Counted from the first letter of the stretch, positions 35,583 through 49,702 are shown. The stretch: DNA of 64,000 nt from Candidatus Multivoradales bacterium (GCA_965223155.1 CBDCVR010000015.1:512001-576000); one strand, 5' to 3'. The notes: generated by a model not told the origin, from the letters alone. Made by a program: numbers and translations.

Positions 35583-36593
35583 ATGACGAAGAACCCTTTG
35601 CCCAGCGTCCCACGCCTCGTCCTTTCCCTGCTTTCGATCCTGACGATCGCCGCCGCCGGTCTGGTCCTGTCCGGTTGCCAATCCCAGCCACCCGACGATG
35701 TGGCCGTGATCGCCAAAGAGTCGGCGGTGGCCGCGGACGACGGCGCAGCCGAGCCAGTCCCGGTCGCAAACCCCGGCGTGGTCGACGTCCGCGCCGAAGA
35801 ATACGCCTTCTACGGACCACCGACTCTCCCGTCCGGGTGGGTCACACTCAGGTTCCACAACGACGGCGCCGAGCCGCACTTTCTCTTGCTCTGGAACCTT
35901 CCCGAGGGCAAGACCTTCGAGGACTACGACAACGATGTCGGCCAGCCGTTCGAGTCTCTGTACGTCCGCTACCGCGCCGGCGAGATCGACAAGGCCACTT
36001 TCTTCGAGAAGCTCATTGCCGCCATCCCGCCCTGGTTCTACGAAGCCGTGCCCATGGGCGGACCGGGCTTCACCGCTCCCGGCGCGACCTCGGAAGTCAC
36101 CGTCTATCTCGAGCCCGGCGACAACTACGTGATGGAGTGCTACGTCCGTGCCCAGATCCAGCCGGACAGCTTCCACGGCACCCACGGCATGTTCCGGCCG
36201 TTGATCGTCACCGACGAGGTCTCGCCGGTCGTCGCCCCGGAGCCCGACGTCCACGTCACTCTGTCGAGCTTCGAGCTCGCCGTCGAGGGCGAGCTCGGCG
36301 CCGGTTCGCATCTCGCCCGGGTGGCCGTTGAGGACACTCCCGAAGGTTTCGTGCGCCACAATGTCCATCTGGTGCGGCTCGAGAAGGGGCAGTCCGGCGC
36401 GACGGTGGCGGCCTGGATGGACTGGGTGGACGCCATGCTGCCACCGGCTCCGGCCGAGTTTCTGGGCGGCGCCGGCCAGACCGTCGAAGGAAGGGTCAGC
36501 TACGTGCCGTTTTCGCTGGAGCCGGGCCGCTACGCCTGGGTCTCGGAAGGATTCGCGGCCAAGGACATGGTCCACGAGTTCACCGTCGAGTAG
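35583..36593 (+). CDS. Lipoprotein with two cupredoxin-like domains
   Basis: Lipobox LSGC; domain 1 EPH..LEPGDNYVMECYV..H...GM; domain 2 HNVHL..LEPGRYAWV lacks the Cys; TATACT 7 nt before the ATG. Confidence 0.7.
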   Translation: MTKNPLPSVPRLVLSLLSILTIAAAGLVLSGCQSQPPDDVAVIAKESAVAADDGAAEPVPVANPGVVDVRAEEYAFYGPPTLPSGWVTLRFHNDGAEPHFLLLWNLPEGKTFEDYDNDVGQPFESLYVRYRAGEIDKATFFEKLIAAIPPWFYEAVPMGGPGFTAPGATSEVTVYLEPGDNYVMECYVRAQIQPDSFHGTHGMFRPLIVTDEVSPVVAPEPDVHVTLSSFELAVEGELGAGSHLARVAVEDTPEGFVRHNVHLVRLEKGQSGATVAAWMDWVDAMLPPAPAEFLGGAGQTVEGRVSYVPFSLEPGRYAWVSEGFAAKDMVHEFTVE

Positions 36594-36603
36594 GCACGGC
36601 GCC

Positions 36604-38037
36604 ATGGCGACTCCCGAGACCGCGGCCATGCCCCGTGCCCGAGCACGCCGGCGGCGATTCTGCGGGCTCGGGCTCGCCATCGTTCTGGCGGCGCTCGCCG
36701 CAAGCCGCACCCCGGCGGCTGCAGCCGTCGTCGAGGAAGTCGAGACCCCGGGTGGTGAGCGCTACGCTCTGTTCACTCCATCCCCCGAGTCCGGCACGCG
36801 GCCAGATGGAGCGGTTCTCCTGGTCCTCGACACCCGCGGCCGCGCCGTCAGCGCTCTCGAGGCCTTCCGGCCCGCGGCCGAGCGGTTCGGCTACACGGTC
36901 CTGAGCTCGTACGCTACGCGCAGCGATCTCCCGGCGGGAACACCCGATCCCAACGAGCCCGCCGTGCGGGCGCTCCTGGACGAGGCCCAGACGCAGTACG
37001 GCGCCTCGCCCGGCCGCATCTATCTGGCCGGCTTTTCGGGCACTTCGCGCTTCGCCTGGATGGCGGGCAAGGTCTTTCCGGATCTCGTCGGCGGCATCGT
37101 GGGTTGTGGCGCCGGGCTGCCCGGTCCGTGGGCGGACTGGAAGGACGTCGGCTTCGCCTACTTTGGCACTGCCGGCCGCACCGACTTCAACCACCGAGAG
37201 ATGCGCGAGCTGGACCGCACCCTGGACGGCGTCCTGGTGCATCGCTTCGCCTATTTCGACGGCGGCCACCAATGGCTGGACTCGGAAACCGCGACTCAGG
37301 CTCTGGCCTTCTTCGAGCTCGAGGCCATGCGCCGGGGCCGGCGCGGGCGGGACGCGGCCTTGATCGAACAGCTTCTTGCCGAGCGTCTCGCCGCCGCCGC
37401 CGCAGCCGAGACCGGCGGCGAGCTTTACCGGGCGGCAACTCTGCTCGAGGCCGCGGCCGAGGACTTCGAGGGCTTGGTCTCGGTCGATCGGACCGACGGC
37501 GTCCGGGACCGGGCGGAAGCGCTTGCCGGCAACGCCGAAGTCCGAGCCGCGCGCGAAGCTCACGACCGAGCCGTCGGAGCCGAGCTCGAGTACCGCGACC
37601 GGGTCGGCGCCGTGGTTCGCGGCATCGCCTACGACGCGCAGCCCGGCTCGGCAAAGACTCTGGCCCGGGAGCTCGAGATCGAAACGCTCAAGGAGATCGC
37701 CGGCGGCGATTCGCTCGAGGCCGACTCCGCCCGCCGGCGCCTGGAGACGGCCTTCGTGCAGCTGGCCTTCTACACTCCGCGCGTCCTCGAGCCCAAGGCG
37801 CCGCGGCGAGCGGCCCTGTGTCTCGAGCTGGCGACCCGGATCCGCCCGGGCTCGAGCCAGCTCTGGCTGCGGCTGGCCCGGGCTCACGCCCGCGGCGGCC
37901 AGGCCAAGGCGGCGCTCGCCGCCCTCGAGCAGGCGGTCGAGCTGGGCGGTGTCGGCGCCGACGATCTCGACGACGAGGCCTTCACCTCGCTCGGCCGGAA
38001 TCCCGCCTTCGCGGCCTTACGGCAACGAGTGCGGTGA
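36604..38037 (+). CDS. Exported alpha/beta-hydrolase with C-terminal TPR
   Basis: RIYLAGFSG nucleophile elbow, G..DFN, FDGGH; TPR-like C terminus. Confidence 0.75.
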   Translation: MATPETAAMPRARARRRRFCGLGLAIVLAALAASRTPAAAAVVEEVETPGGERYALFTPSPESGTRPDGAVLLVLDTRGRAVSALEAFRPAAERFGYTVLSSYATRSDLPAGTPDPNEPAVRALLDEAQTQYGASPGRIYLAGFSGTSRFAWMAGKVFPDLVGGIVGCGAGLPGPWADWKDVGFAYFGTAGRTDFNHREMRELDRTLDGVLVHRFAYFDGGHQWLDSETATQALAFFELEAMRRGRRGRDAALIEQLLAERLAAAAAAETGGELYRAATLLEAAAEDFEGLVSVDRTDGVRDRAEALAGNAEVRAAREAHDRAVGAELEYRDRVGAVVRGIAYDAQPGSAKTLARELEIETLKEIAGGDSLEADSARRRLETAFVQLAFYTPRVLEPKAPRRAALCLELATRIRPGSSQLWLRLARAHARGGQAKAALAALEQAVELGGVGADDLDDEAFTSLGRNPAFAALRQRVR

Positions 38038-38059
38038 GGGTCCGGGGGACCGGGGATCC

Positions 38060-38713
38060 CTAGGATTCGTCACCCAAATCGACCAGGCGGTGCCTGAGGG
38101 CGTGCGCCACGACTTGGGCCCGGTTGTGGACGTGGAGCTTGTCCAGAATGTTGCGCACGTGGAACTTGACGGTGTTCTCGGTGATGCCCAGCTGCTTGGC
38201 GAGCTTGCGGTTGGTGGTCACGCCGTCGACCATGAGCTCCAAGACCTCTTGCTCTCGATCGGTGAGCGCGTCGGGGTCTTCGCTCCGGCCCCTTGGGGCC
38301 GGCTTGGCGAACTCGTCCAGGAGCTTCCGCGCCAGGGACGGCGTCAGTGCCGGCTCGCCCTTGCCGACGCCATCCAGAAGAGCGAAGAACTCGTCCGCCT
38401 CGAGATCCTTGAGCAGGTAGCCCTTAGCGCCGGCCTTGATCGATTCGAACAAGTTGGCATCGTCGTCCGACGCCGTCAGGATGATGACCTTGATCTCGGG
38501 CAGCTCGGCGGCGAAATGCTTGGTTGCCTCGAGGCCGTCAACCTCGGGCATGGCGAGGTCCATGAGCACGATCTCGGGCTTGAGCTCCCAGGCCTTTTCT
38601 AGCGCTTCCCGACCGTTCGAGGCTTCGCCGACCACCTCGTAGTCCCGGGCGCGGAGCAGGCTTCCCAGGCTCTCCCGAAAGAGCGCGTGGTCGTCAACGA
38701 TGAGTACTCGCAT
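38060..38713 (-). CDS. NarL/DosR-family response regulator
   Basis: MRVLIVDDH, LMDLAMP, GYLLK, LTDREQEVL..TVKFHVRNILDKL; trimmed to ATG 38713. Confidence 0.93.
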   Translation of the reverse strand: MRVLIVDDHALFRESLGSLLRARDYEVVGEASNGREALEKAWELKPEIVLMDLAMPEVDGLEATKHFAAELPEIKVIILTASDDDANLFESIKAGAKGYLLKDLEADEFFALLDGVGKGEPALTPSLARKLLDEFAKPAPRGRSEDPDALTDREQEVLELMVDGVTTNRKLAKQLGITENTVKFHVRNILDKLHVHNRAQVVAHALRHRLVDLGDES

Positions 38714-38792
38714 AGGGATCTCCGTTCCGCCCGGCAACTCGGGGTCGTGACCAAGCCTAGCAGCCCGTCGTGGACGGCTCGGCCAAGGCCCG

Positions 38793-40139
38793 CTAGACGA
38801 TGGGCACCTCGAAGCGTACGCAGGTGCCGGCACCGCGGCTGGACTGGATCTCGAGGGTGCCGCCCGCGCTCTCGGCCCGTTCCTTCATGATGGTCAGGCC
38901 GAAACGCGGCAGGCCGGCGCGCTCGACGCTTGCCGGATCGAAGCCGGCGCCATCGTCTTCCACCGTAGCGATGAGGCCCTTGTCATCCCGCCGGATGCTG
39001 ACCTGCACCCGGTCCGCGTCAGCGTGCTTGCGCACGTTGGCCAGAGCCTCCTGGACGACCCGGAGCATCTGGAGCTCCACCCCGGGGCTCACCTCGAGCG
39101 GGTCGTCAATCGCGAGCTCGCCCGGGATGCCGCTGCCCTCCTGCCAGTGCGCGAAGTACTCGCGCAGAACTTCGGCGATCTGGCGTTCGCCGCTGGGCTG
39201 GGAGCGCAAGGCCAGGATCCCCTCACGAACGTCCGAGTAAGCCTCCCGAGCGGCCGCCGCCAACTGATCGAGTTGCTTGCCAGCCTCGGCGTCCTTGCCC
39301 GCCCGCAGAAATTCCTGCACCGCCTGCGCCTTGGTGTTGACGTAAGCAAGGACCTGCGCCATGCCGTCGTGCATCTCGCGACCGATGCGGCCCCGCTCCT
39401 CGGCGACCGCCAGATTCTCCAGCTCATGATGCAAGTACGACTTGTCGATCGCCACCGCCGCGGTGGCCGCGAAGCGCACCAGCATCTCCTCGTCGGCCTC
39501 GGAGAAAGTCTTGGCGGCCTCCTTGTTGGCGAGGTAGAGGTTGCCACGAAACGGGCCCTGGCAAAGGATCGGCACCGCCAGCAGACTGGCCATCGTCGGG
39601 TGGTGCTCGGGCACGCCACACGAGCGCGGATCGGCCTTGAGGTCGTCCAGGCGCAGATGCCGGCGCTCGTGCAGAACGACGCCCAAGAGGCCCTTGCCCT
39701 GGGGCGGTTCACCGATACGTTCCCTCTCGACGGCAGATAGACCCGAGGTGACGAACTCGACGATACGACCGGTCTCGGCGTTGACCGAGAGCGCGCCGTA
39801 ACGGGCATCCAGAAGCTCCCGAGCCTGGTCCACGATGCGCTGCAAGACGATCTCGAGCTCGAGCTCGCCGTGGATGTCGCGGGCCGCCCGGCCGATGGCC
39901 AGGAGCTCGCGGTTCTGGGCGTCCAGACGCCGGTGCATGTCGGTTAGAAACATGAAGGCGATGCCGACCGGAAAGAGAACCGCCAGAGTCACGATGCCGG
40001 TCCATACCAGCCGTCCCTGCCAGGTCTGAAGGTAGGGCTCGAGGGCGTGGGTGGCCGCGGCGAGGACCACGATGACGGTTAGGAAGCCCGCCAGCGACAT
40101 CCACTTGAACCGACGCAGATCCAGTTGCCGTACGCTCAT
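38793..40139 (-). CDS. Membrane GAF-domain histidine kinase (HisKA_3), DosS/DevS-like
   Basis: Two TM helices; GAF G.LG..LRLDDL..P.S.G.P.HHP.M..LL.VP..G.LYL; EERGRIGREMHD; QEALANVRKHA; DDGAGF; GL..M.ERA. Confidence 0.9.
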   Translation of the reverse strand: MSVRQLDLRRFKWMSLAGFLTVIVVLAAATHALEPYLQTWQGRLVWTGIVTLAVLFPVGIAFMFLTDMHRRLDAQNRELLAIGRAARDIHGELELEIVLQRIVDQARELLDARYGALSVNAETGRIVEFVTSGLSAVERERIGEPPQGKGLLGVVLHERRHLRLDDLKADPRSCGVPEHHPTMASLLAVPILCQGPFRGNLYLANKEAAKTFSEADEEMLVRFAATAAVAIDKSYLHHELENLAVAEERGRIGREMHDGMAQVLAYVNTKAQAVQEFLRAGKDAEAGKQLDQLAAAAREAYSDVREGILALRSQPSGERQIAEVLREYFAHWQEGSGIPGELAIDDPLEVSPGVELQMLRVVQEALANVRKHADADRVQVSIRRDDKGLIATVEDDGAGFDPASVERAGLPRFGLTIMKERAESAGGTLEIQSSRGAGTCVRFEVPIV

Positions 40140-40221
40140 CGAGTCTCGGTGAGTATAGTGATCCGTGCGGTCCGGCTCCGGCGCGAAGTGGCCGCGATCT
40201 CGGTGGGTACCGGCCTTCCGG

Positions 40222-40446
40222 CTACCGCTTGCGGCTCCTCGTGCTGATCCCGAGCACGGCGTAGAAAGGCGACCACCCTAGGATTCCGGTCACCAGGGGA
40301 TACCAACCCACGATGCGGCAGGTCACGGTCGCCAGGCCCTGAGGCGGCGCCAGCCAGCCGATCCCCAGCAGAAGCGCGCCCAGCACGATTCGCACGGTTC
40401 GATCGACACCGTTCTGGTTCGGCAGATTCTTGGCGAGAAAGCTCAT
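40222..40446 (-). CDS. YgaP/DUF2892 family small membrane protein
   Basis: N.NGVDRTVRIVLG..LVTGILGWSPFYAVLGIST. Confidence 0.8.
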   Translation of the reverse strand: MSFLAKNLPNQNGVDRTVRIVLGALLLGIGWLAPPQGLATVTCRIVGWYPLVTGILGWSPFYAVLGISTRSRKR

Positions 40447-40564
40447 CTCGCCGGCCGGATCGAGGTGCGCACGCCTCAGCATGGCTCGAACGGCGATCGC
40501 GGCGCCACACCCGGCCGGGTAGGTTTGATCCACCAGGGCCGGCGCCCGCCTGGGAAGTTAGACC

Positions 40565-41518
40565 CTAGCCTTGCCCCGAAAGCACCTGCTGGGCCTCGAG
40601 AGCGGCCTGGCGCACGCGGTAGCTCGGATCCGAGTCCGCCAGGGACGCAAGCAGCGGCAGATGCCGGTCCGAGCCCACCCGAGCCAGAGCGCTCAACGCC
40701 TGAACCATGGTCTCTTCCTGCTGCTCCGGCGTGATCCCAGAGACGGCCTCGGTTAGCGAGCGGTCGAGCATGCGCTCCAGAACCGGAACGCCTCGATCGC
40801 TGCCCAGGGTGCTGACCGAGAGCGCGGCGTTCCAGCGCACGTCGGCGACCTCGTCGTCGAGCAGCGGCTCGAGCCGAGCCACCGCCAATGGCTCGCCCAG
40901 CTGGCCGAGGGCGTAGGCGGCCACCTTGCGCACGCCGGGGTCCTCCGAGGCCAGCCGTTCGGCCAGCGCCGGGATGGCGTCGGCGTCCCCGATCGCTCCC
41001 AGGGCCCAGAGCAGGTAGATCCGGGTCTGGGAGTCTGGTTCTTCCTCGAGGGCCTGGGTCAGGCGCTCGACCGAGGCTTCGTCCCGGGTGTAGCCGAGCA
41101 CCAGCGCCAGGTAGCGCCGGATCTCGGGGTCTTCGGCCTCGCCAAAGAGACGGCGCACTTCGGCCGCCACCTCGGGCTGCCCCGCCAGGGCATCCGGATC
41201 GGCGGTCAGGATCTTCGAGAGCTCATAGGCCGCCTGCGCGCGGCGTGGACGCCAGGACGAGCGCAGATCGTTCAGGTAGTCCTGCGTGTCCTGCTGGTCG
41301 TAGGCGATCCAGCCAAAGCCGACGAAGACGCCGACACAGACCAGCACCACCAGGAGCGGCACCAGGAAGAGCCCGAAGAAGGCTCGTAGGGGGCCGCGGT
41401 CGTCCTGGTCCGGATCGTCCTCGATCGGATCGAGGACCGGCGGCTCAGACGCGAGCTCCCGACCCGGAGCTTCGCTCGACGGATCCGCGCCGGTGTTGCC
41501 GGGTTCTTCGTGCGCCAT
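40565..41518 (-). CDS. Membrane-anchored HEAT-repeat protein
   Basis: N-terminal TM helix, then repeats such as VRKVAAYALGQLG and VRWNAALS. Confidence 0.8.
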   Translation of the reverse strand: MAHEEPGNTGADPSSEAPGRELASEPPVLDPIEDDPDQDDRGPLRAFFGLFLVPLLVVLVCVGVFVGFGWIAYDQQDTQDYLNDLRSSWRPRRAQAAYELSKILTADPDALAGQPEVAAEVRRLFGEAEDPEIRRYLALVLGYTRDEASVERLTQALEEEPDSQTRIYLLWALGAIGDADAIPALAERLASEDPGVRKVAAYALGQLGEPLAVARLEPLLDDEVADVRWNAALSVSTLGSDRGVPVLERMLDRSLTEAVSGITPEQQEETMVQALSALARVGSDRHLPLLASLADSDPSYRVRQAALEAQQVLSGQG

Positions 41519-41581
41519 CGCCGGCGGAGCTTACCGCGATTCTCCTAGTCGCCGGCGGCCGCCGGCGAGAACGGCGGGCTC

Positions 41582-41609
41582 TTGACACCAGAGTTGCGCG
41601 GGATATCCT
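41582..41609 (+). promoter_or_regulatory. Sigma70-type promoter of the act-cox operon
   Basis: TTGACA (41582-41587)-N16-TATCCT (41604-41609). Confidence 0.65.
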
Positions 41610-41620
41610 TCGCACGACTG

Positions 41621-41640
41621 CTTGTGAAAATTTTCACAAG
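41621..41640. promoter_or_regulatory. Perfect 20-bp palindromic operator (Rex box; also fits CRP TGTGA-N6-TCACA)
   Basis: CTTGTGAAAATTTTCACAAG matches TTGTGAA-N4-TTCACAA and lies just downstream of the -10. Confidence 0.8.
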
Positions 41641-41742
41641 CCCTCGTCTGGTCCGAACCTACCCTTCCAGGTGGTTGAGGGTCGGGGCGCCGTCCGATAG
41701 GTTCGAGCGGCTCCCGTCGAATCCGCCAAATCGATCAAGTCC

Positions 41743-42393
41743 ATGGGCCAGATCTTCCACCAGAGCACCAACACGATCTCGCGAGTCTCGATCTTTGGAG
41801 CCGTGTTCTTCCTGGGCGCCCTGGGCTGGGTCTTCACCGCCCTCGACCGCTCGTCCTACAACACCGGCCAGGGGGTCGTCTTGAGGCAGCCGATCCCCTT
41901 CAGTCACGATCACCACACGTCCGCTCTCGGCATCGACTGCCGCTACTGCCACACCTCGGCCGAAACCGCGGCGAGCGCTGGAATTCCGCCGACCGCCACC
42001 TGCATGAACTGCCACAAGCAGATCTGGGCCAACAGTCCGATGCTGGAACCGGTCAGGACCAGCTTCCAGGACCGGCAGCCGATCGCCTGGGACCGGATTC
42101 ACGACCTGCCGGACTTCGTCTACTTCGATCACTCGATCCACCTGGCCAAGGGCATCGGCTGCGTCTCCTGCCACGGCCGGGTCGATCAGATGCCGCTCGT
42201 CTACCAAGCCAGCTCGCTGCAAATGGAGTGGTGTCTGGAGTGCCATCGCGATCCGGAGCCGCACCTGCGGCCCCGATCCGAGGTGGCCAACATGGCCTGG
42301 CAGGCACCGGCGGACGAGCCCGAGCTCGCCGCCCGCCTGCTCGAGACCTACCACGTTCAGAGCAAGACCAGCTGCTCGGTCTGCCATCGCTAA
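41743..42393 (+). CDS. actA: Alternative complex III pentaheme cytochrome c subunit
   Basis: N-terminal TM helix, QPIPFSH, five CxxCH, LPDFVYFDHS.H. Confidence 0.93.
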   Translation: MGQIFHQSTNTISRVSIFGAVFFLGALGWVFTALDRSSYNTGQGVVLRQPIPFSHDHHTSALGIDCRYCHTSAETAASAGIPPTATCMNCHKQIWANSPMLEPVRTSFQDRQPIAWDRIHDLPDFVYFDHSIHLAKGIGCVSCHGRVDQMPLVYQASSLQMEWCLECHRDPEPHLRPRSEVANMAWQAPADEPELAARLLETYHVQSKTSCSVCHR

Positions 42394-42415
42394 ACGGAAT
42401 CCGCCGGAGCCCACT

Positions 42416-45475
<3,060 letters not shown>

Positions 45476-45487
45476 GAAACGAACCTC

Positions 45488-46869
<1,382 letters not shown>

Positions 46870-46873
<4 letters not shown>

Positions 46874-47424
46874 GCGCTCCGGTGACCGGCAAGCGGCTTC
46901 CCCTCCACGGCGTCATGGCCGAGTTCGGCGGTCCCCGCCGCCTGCTGCGGGCGATCAAGGCGGCCCGCGAAGCCGGCTACTCCAAGATGGACGCCTACAC
47001 GCCCTATCCCATCCACGACGTCTGGGAGGCACTCGGGCATCACAAGTCGAAGCTGCCTCCGATCGTCCTCATCGGCGGACTCCTGGGCGCGGCGTTGGGC
47101 TTCGGGCTCCAGTACTGGGTCTCGGTCATCGAATATCCCCTCAACATCGGCGGCCGGCCGCTCAATAGCTGGCCCGCCTTCATCCCGGTGACTTTCGAGA
47201 CCACGATCCTGGTGGCGACGTTCTTCGCCGTGCTGGGAATGTTCGCCTTGAACGGGCTGCCCGAGCCCTACCACCCCGTCTTCAACGTCAAGCGTTTCGC
47301 GCTGGCGTCGCGAGACCGCTTCTTTCTCTGCATCGAGGCCTCCGATCCCATGTTCGACCGCGCCGGAACCGCCGAGTTCCTGCAATCGCTGGAAGCCGAG
47401 GAGGTCTCCGAAGTTGCCTCCTAG
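46870..47424 (+). CDS. actD: Alternative complex III subunit D (DUF3341)
   Basis: [35 protein letters not shown]. Confidence 0.92.
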
Positions 47425-48058
47425 AGCTTCCAGCCTGGGCCGGCCAGCCGGCCTGGCCTGCCTGGCGCTCGCCACCATCTTGGCCGGCGGCTGCCGTCAG
47501 GACATGCACGATCAGCCGGTGCTCGAGCCCTACGAAGCCAGCGACTTCTTCTCGGACGGACGCGCCGACCGCGCGCCGATCGACGGCACCGTGGCCCGGG
47601 GCCAGCTCTCCGAAGACCGCGCCTACTTCACCGGTCTCGACGGCGACGCCTTCGTCACCGCGCTACCGGTACCGGTAACTCGGACGCTTCTCGAGCGCGG
47701 CCGGGAACGCTACGAGATCTTCTGCTCACCCTGCCACGACCGGCTGGGCGCGGGCCAAGGCATGATCGTGCGGCGGGGCTTCAAGCAGCCCGCCTCGTTC
47801 CATGAGGCCCGGCTGCGCGAGCAGCCCGCCGGGTACTACTTCGATGTCATGACCCGAGGCTTCGGTGACATGTCGAACTACGCCGCCCAGATCTCGGCCG
47901 CCGATCGATGGGCCATCGCGGCCTACATCCGCGTCTTGCAGCGTTCGCAGCGAGTCGAGGTGAATCGGCTACCGGCGGCTCTAAGGAGCCACGTTCTGGC
48001 CGGCCTCGAAACGCCTCCGGCCGCCGGCGGCGCCCCGCAAGAAGGACACGATGACTGA
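47414..48058 (+). CDS. actE: Alternative complex III monoheme lipoprotein subunit E
   Basis: Lipobox AGGC-RQDMHDQP, GTVARG, CSPCH, DRWAIAAYIR. Confidence 0.92.
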   Translation: MPPRASSLGRPAGLACLALATILAGGCRQDMHDQPVLEPYEASDFFSDGRADRAPIDGTVARGQLSEDRAYFTGLDGDAFVTALPVPVTRTLLERGRERYEIFCSPCHDRLGAGQGMIVRRGFKQPASFHEARLREQPAGYYFDVMTRGFGDMSNYAAQISAADRWAIAAYIRVLQRSQRVEVNRLPAALRSHVLAGLETPPAAGGAPQEGHDD

Positions 48059-49235
48059 CCCGCGTGAGCTGACCGCCGAGAACTTCGCCCCGCCAAGCGA
48101 CTTGGCCCGGATCCGGCGCACGGCGCTCGGCCTTGGCATCGCCGGCGCGGCGCTCTGTGTCCTCGGACTCGTCGTCGATCGCGAGCAGGTCTTCCGCTCT
48201 CATCTCGTCGCCTGGATCTTCTGGATGGGCATCGCCATGGGCGGCTTCGGCACCATGCTGCTCCACCACATGACCCGTGGCGCCTGGGGACTTCTGATCC
48301 GTCGAATCTTCGAAGCCGGAGCACGGACCCTGCCCGTCCTGGTCTTGCTTTTCCTGCCGGTCCTCTTCGGACTCACCGCGCTCTTTCCGTGGGCGCGACC
48401 CGAGGCGGCCGCGGACTCGCTGATCCAGACCAAGGCCTGGTACCTGAATCCCGGATTCTTCATGCTGCGAGCGGCAATCTACTTCGCGATTTGGGGCCTT
48501 TTCACCTGGGTGCTGCTGCGGCGGTCCCGGCTTCAGGACGAGACCCGGAACCCGGGCCTCTTGCGCAAGATGCAGAACGTGGCGGGGCCTGGACTGGGCA
48601 TCTACGGATTGACCGCGACCTTCGGCTCGGTCGACTGGCTGATGTCGCTCGATCCCCACTGGTACTCGAGCCTCTTCGGCGTCTACTTCATCGGCGGCCA
48701 GGCCGTAGCGGCGATGGCGGCGGCCATCCTCATGGTCCGCTACCTGGCCAAGCGCCCGCCGCTCGAGGGCGTGTTTCAGCCGCGCCACTACCACGACTAC
48801 GGCAACTTGCTGATGGCCTTCATGCTGCTCTGGAGCTACTTCGGCTTGTCGCAGCTCCTCATCATCTGGACCGGGAACCTACCTGAAGAGACCGTCTGGT
48901 ACATCCACCGTAGCGAGCATGGCTGGCAGTGGGTCTCGATCGCGCTCGCGCTGTTCCACTTCGCGGTGCCGTTCTTCCTGCTCCTGAATCGTTCGGTCAA
49001 GCGCGACATCGACCGGCTGGCCAAGGTGGCCGTCCTGCTGCTGGTTGTGCACTGGCTCGACGTCTACTGGCTGGCAGCGCCCGCCTGGCACGAGCACCTG
49101 ACCGTGCACTGGCTGGATCTGGCCGCCACGGTCGCGGTCGGGGGCCTCTGGTTCGGTGCCTTCTGCCACGCTCTCGGCAAGCGGCCCCTGCTGCCGCTGG
49201 GCGACCCATATCTCGACGAGGCCCTGGAATCATGA
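48051..49235 (+). CDS. actF: Alternative complex III subunit F
   Basis: About ten TM helices; WYLN..F..R, DWLMSLDPHWYS, HDYGNL, QLLIIWTGNLPEE. Confidence 0.92.
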   Translation: MTDPRELTAENFAPPSDLARIRRTALGLGIAGAALCVLGLVVDREQVFRSHLVAWIFWMGIAMGGFGTMLLHHMTRGAWGLLIRRIFEAGARTLPVLVLLFLPVLFGLTALFPWARPEAAADSLIQTKAWYLNPGFFMLRAAIYFAIWGLFTWVLLRRSRLQDETRNPGLLRKMQNVAGPGLGIYGLTATFGSVDWLMSLDPHWYSSLFGVYFIGGQAVAAMAAAILMVRYLAKRPPLEGVFQPRHYHDYGNLLMAFMLLWSYFGLSQLLIIWTGNLPEETVWYIHRSEHGWQWVSIALALFHFAVPFFLLLNRSVKRDIDRLAKVAVLLLVVHWLDVYWLAAPAWHEHLTVHWLDLAATVAVGGLWFGAFCHALGKRPLLPLGDPYLDEALES

Positions 49236-49702
49236 GCGAGACTCCGCGTCACGACACCTCGCGGCCTCTGGACGCCGAGCTCAGCCTGCGCGGCATCATC
49301 GGTTTCGCGGTAGGCCTCACGGTCGTGGTGGCGATCGCCGCCGTCGCCATGTGGTTTTCCTCCGGTTTCTTGAAGGACCGCATCGCGGCCTCGGACCCGC
49401 CGCCCCCGGCTCTGCCCGAAGCGCGCCAGGCCGTCACGCCGCCCGGCCCGGCGCTTCAAACCGATCCTCAACAGGACCTGGCGGCGCTCCGGACGGAGGA
49501 AGACGACCTCTTGACCACCTACGGCTGGATCGACGAAGGCCAAGGCCTCGCCCGGGTTCCGGTGGAGGTCGCGATCCAGCTCGAATTGGAAGCTCCGTCG
49601 TCGCCGCCGGCTGCGGCCGAGGACGTTGTCGAGGACGGCGTTCCTTCGGCGGAAACCGCGGCTGACACGCCGGCAGACACCCAGGAGGAAGGCCTCGAAT
49701 GA
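49232..49702 (+). CDS. actG: Alternative complex III small subunit G-like
   Basis: One TM helix; P.PALQ..P..DL, L.TYGWID...ARVPV..A; ATGA overlaps on both sides. Confidence 0.8.
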   Translation: MSETPRHDTSRPLDAELSLRGIIGFAVGLTVVVAIAAVAMWFSSGFLKDRIAASDPPPPALPEARQAVTPPGPALQTDPQQDLAALRTEEDDLLTTYGWIDEGQGLARVPVEVAIQLELEAPSSPPAAAEDVVEDGVPSAETAADTPADTQEEGLE

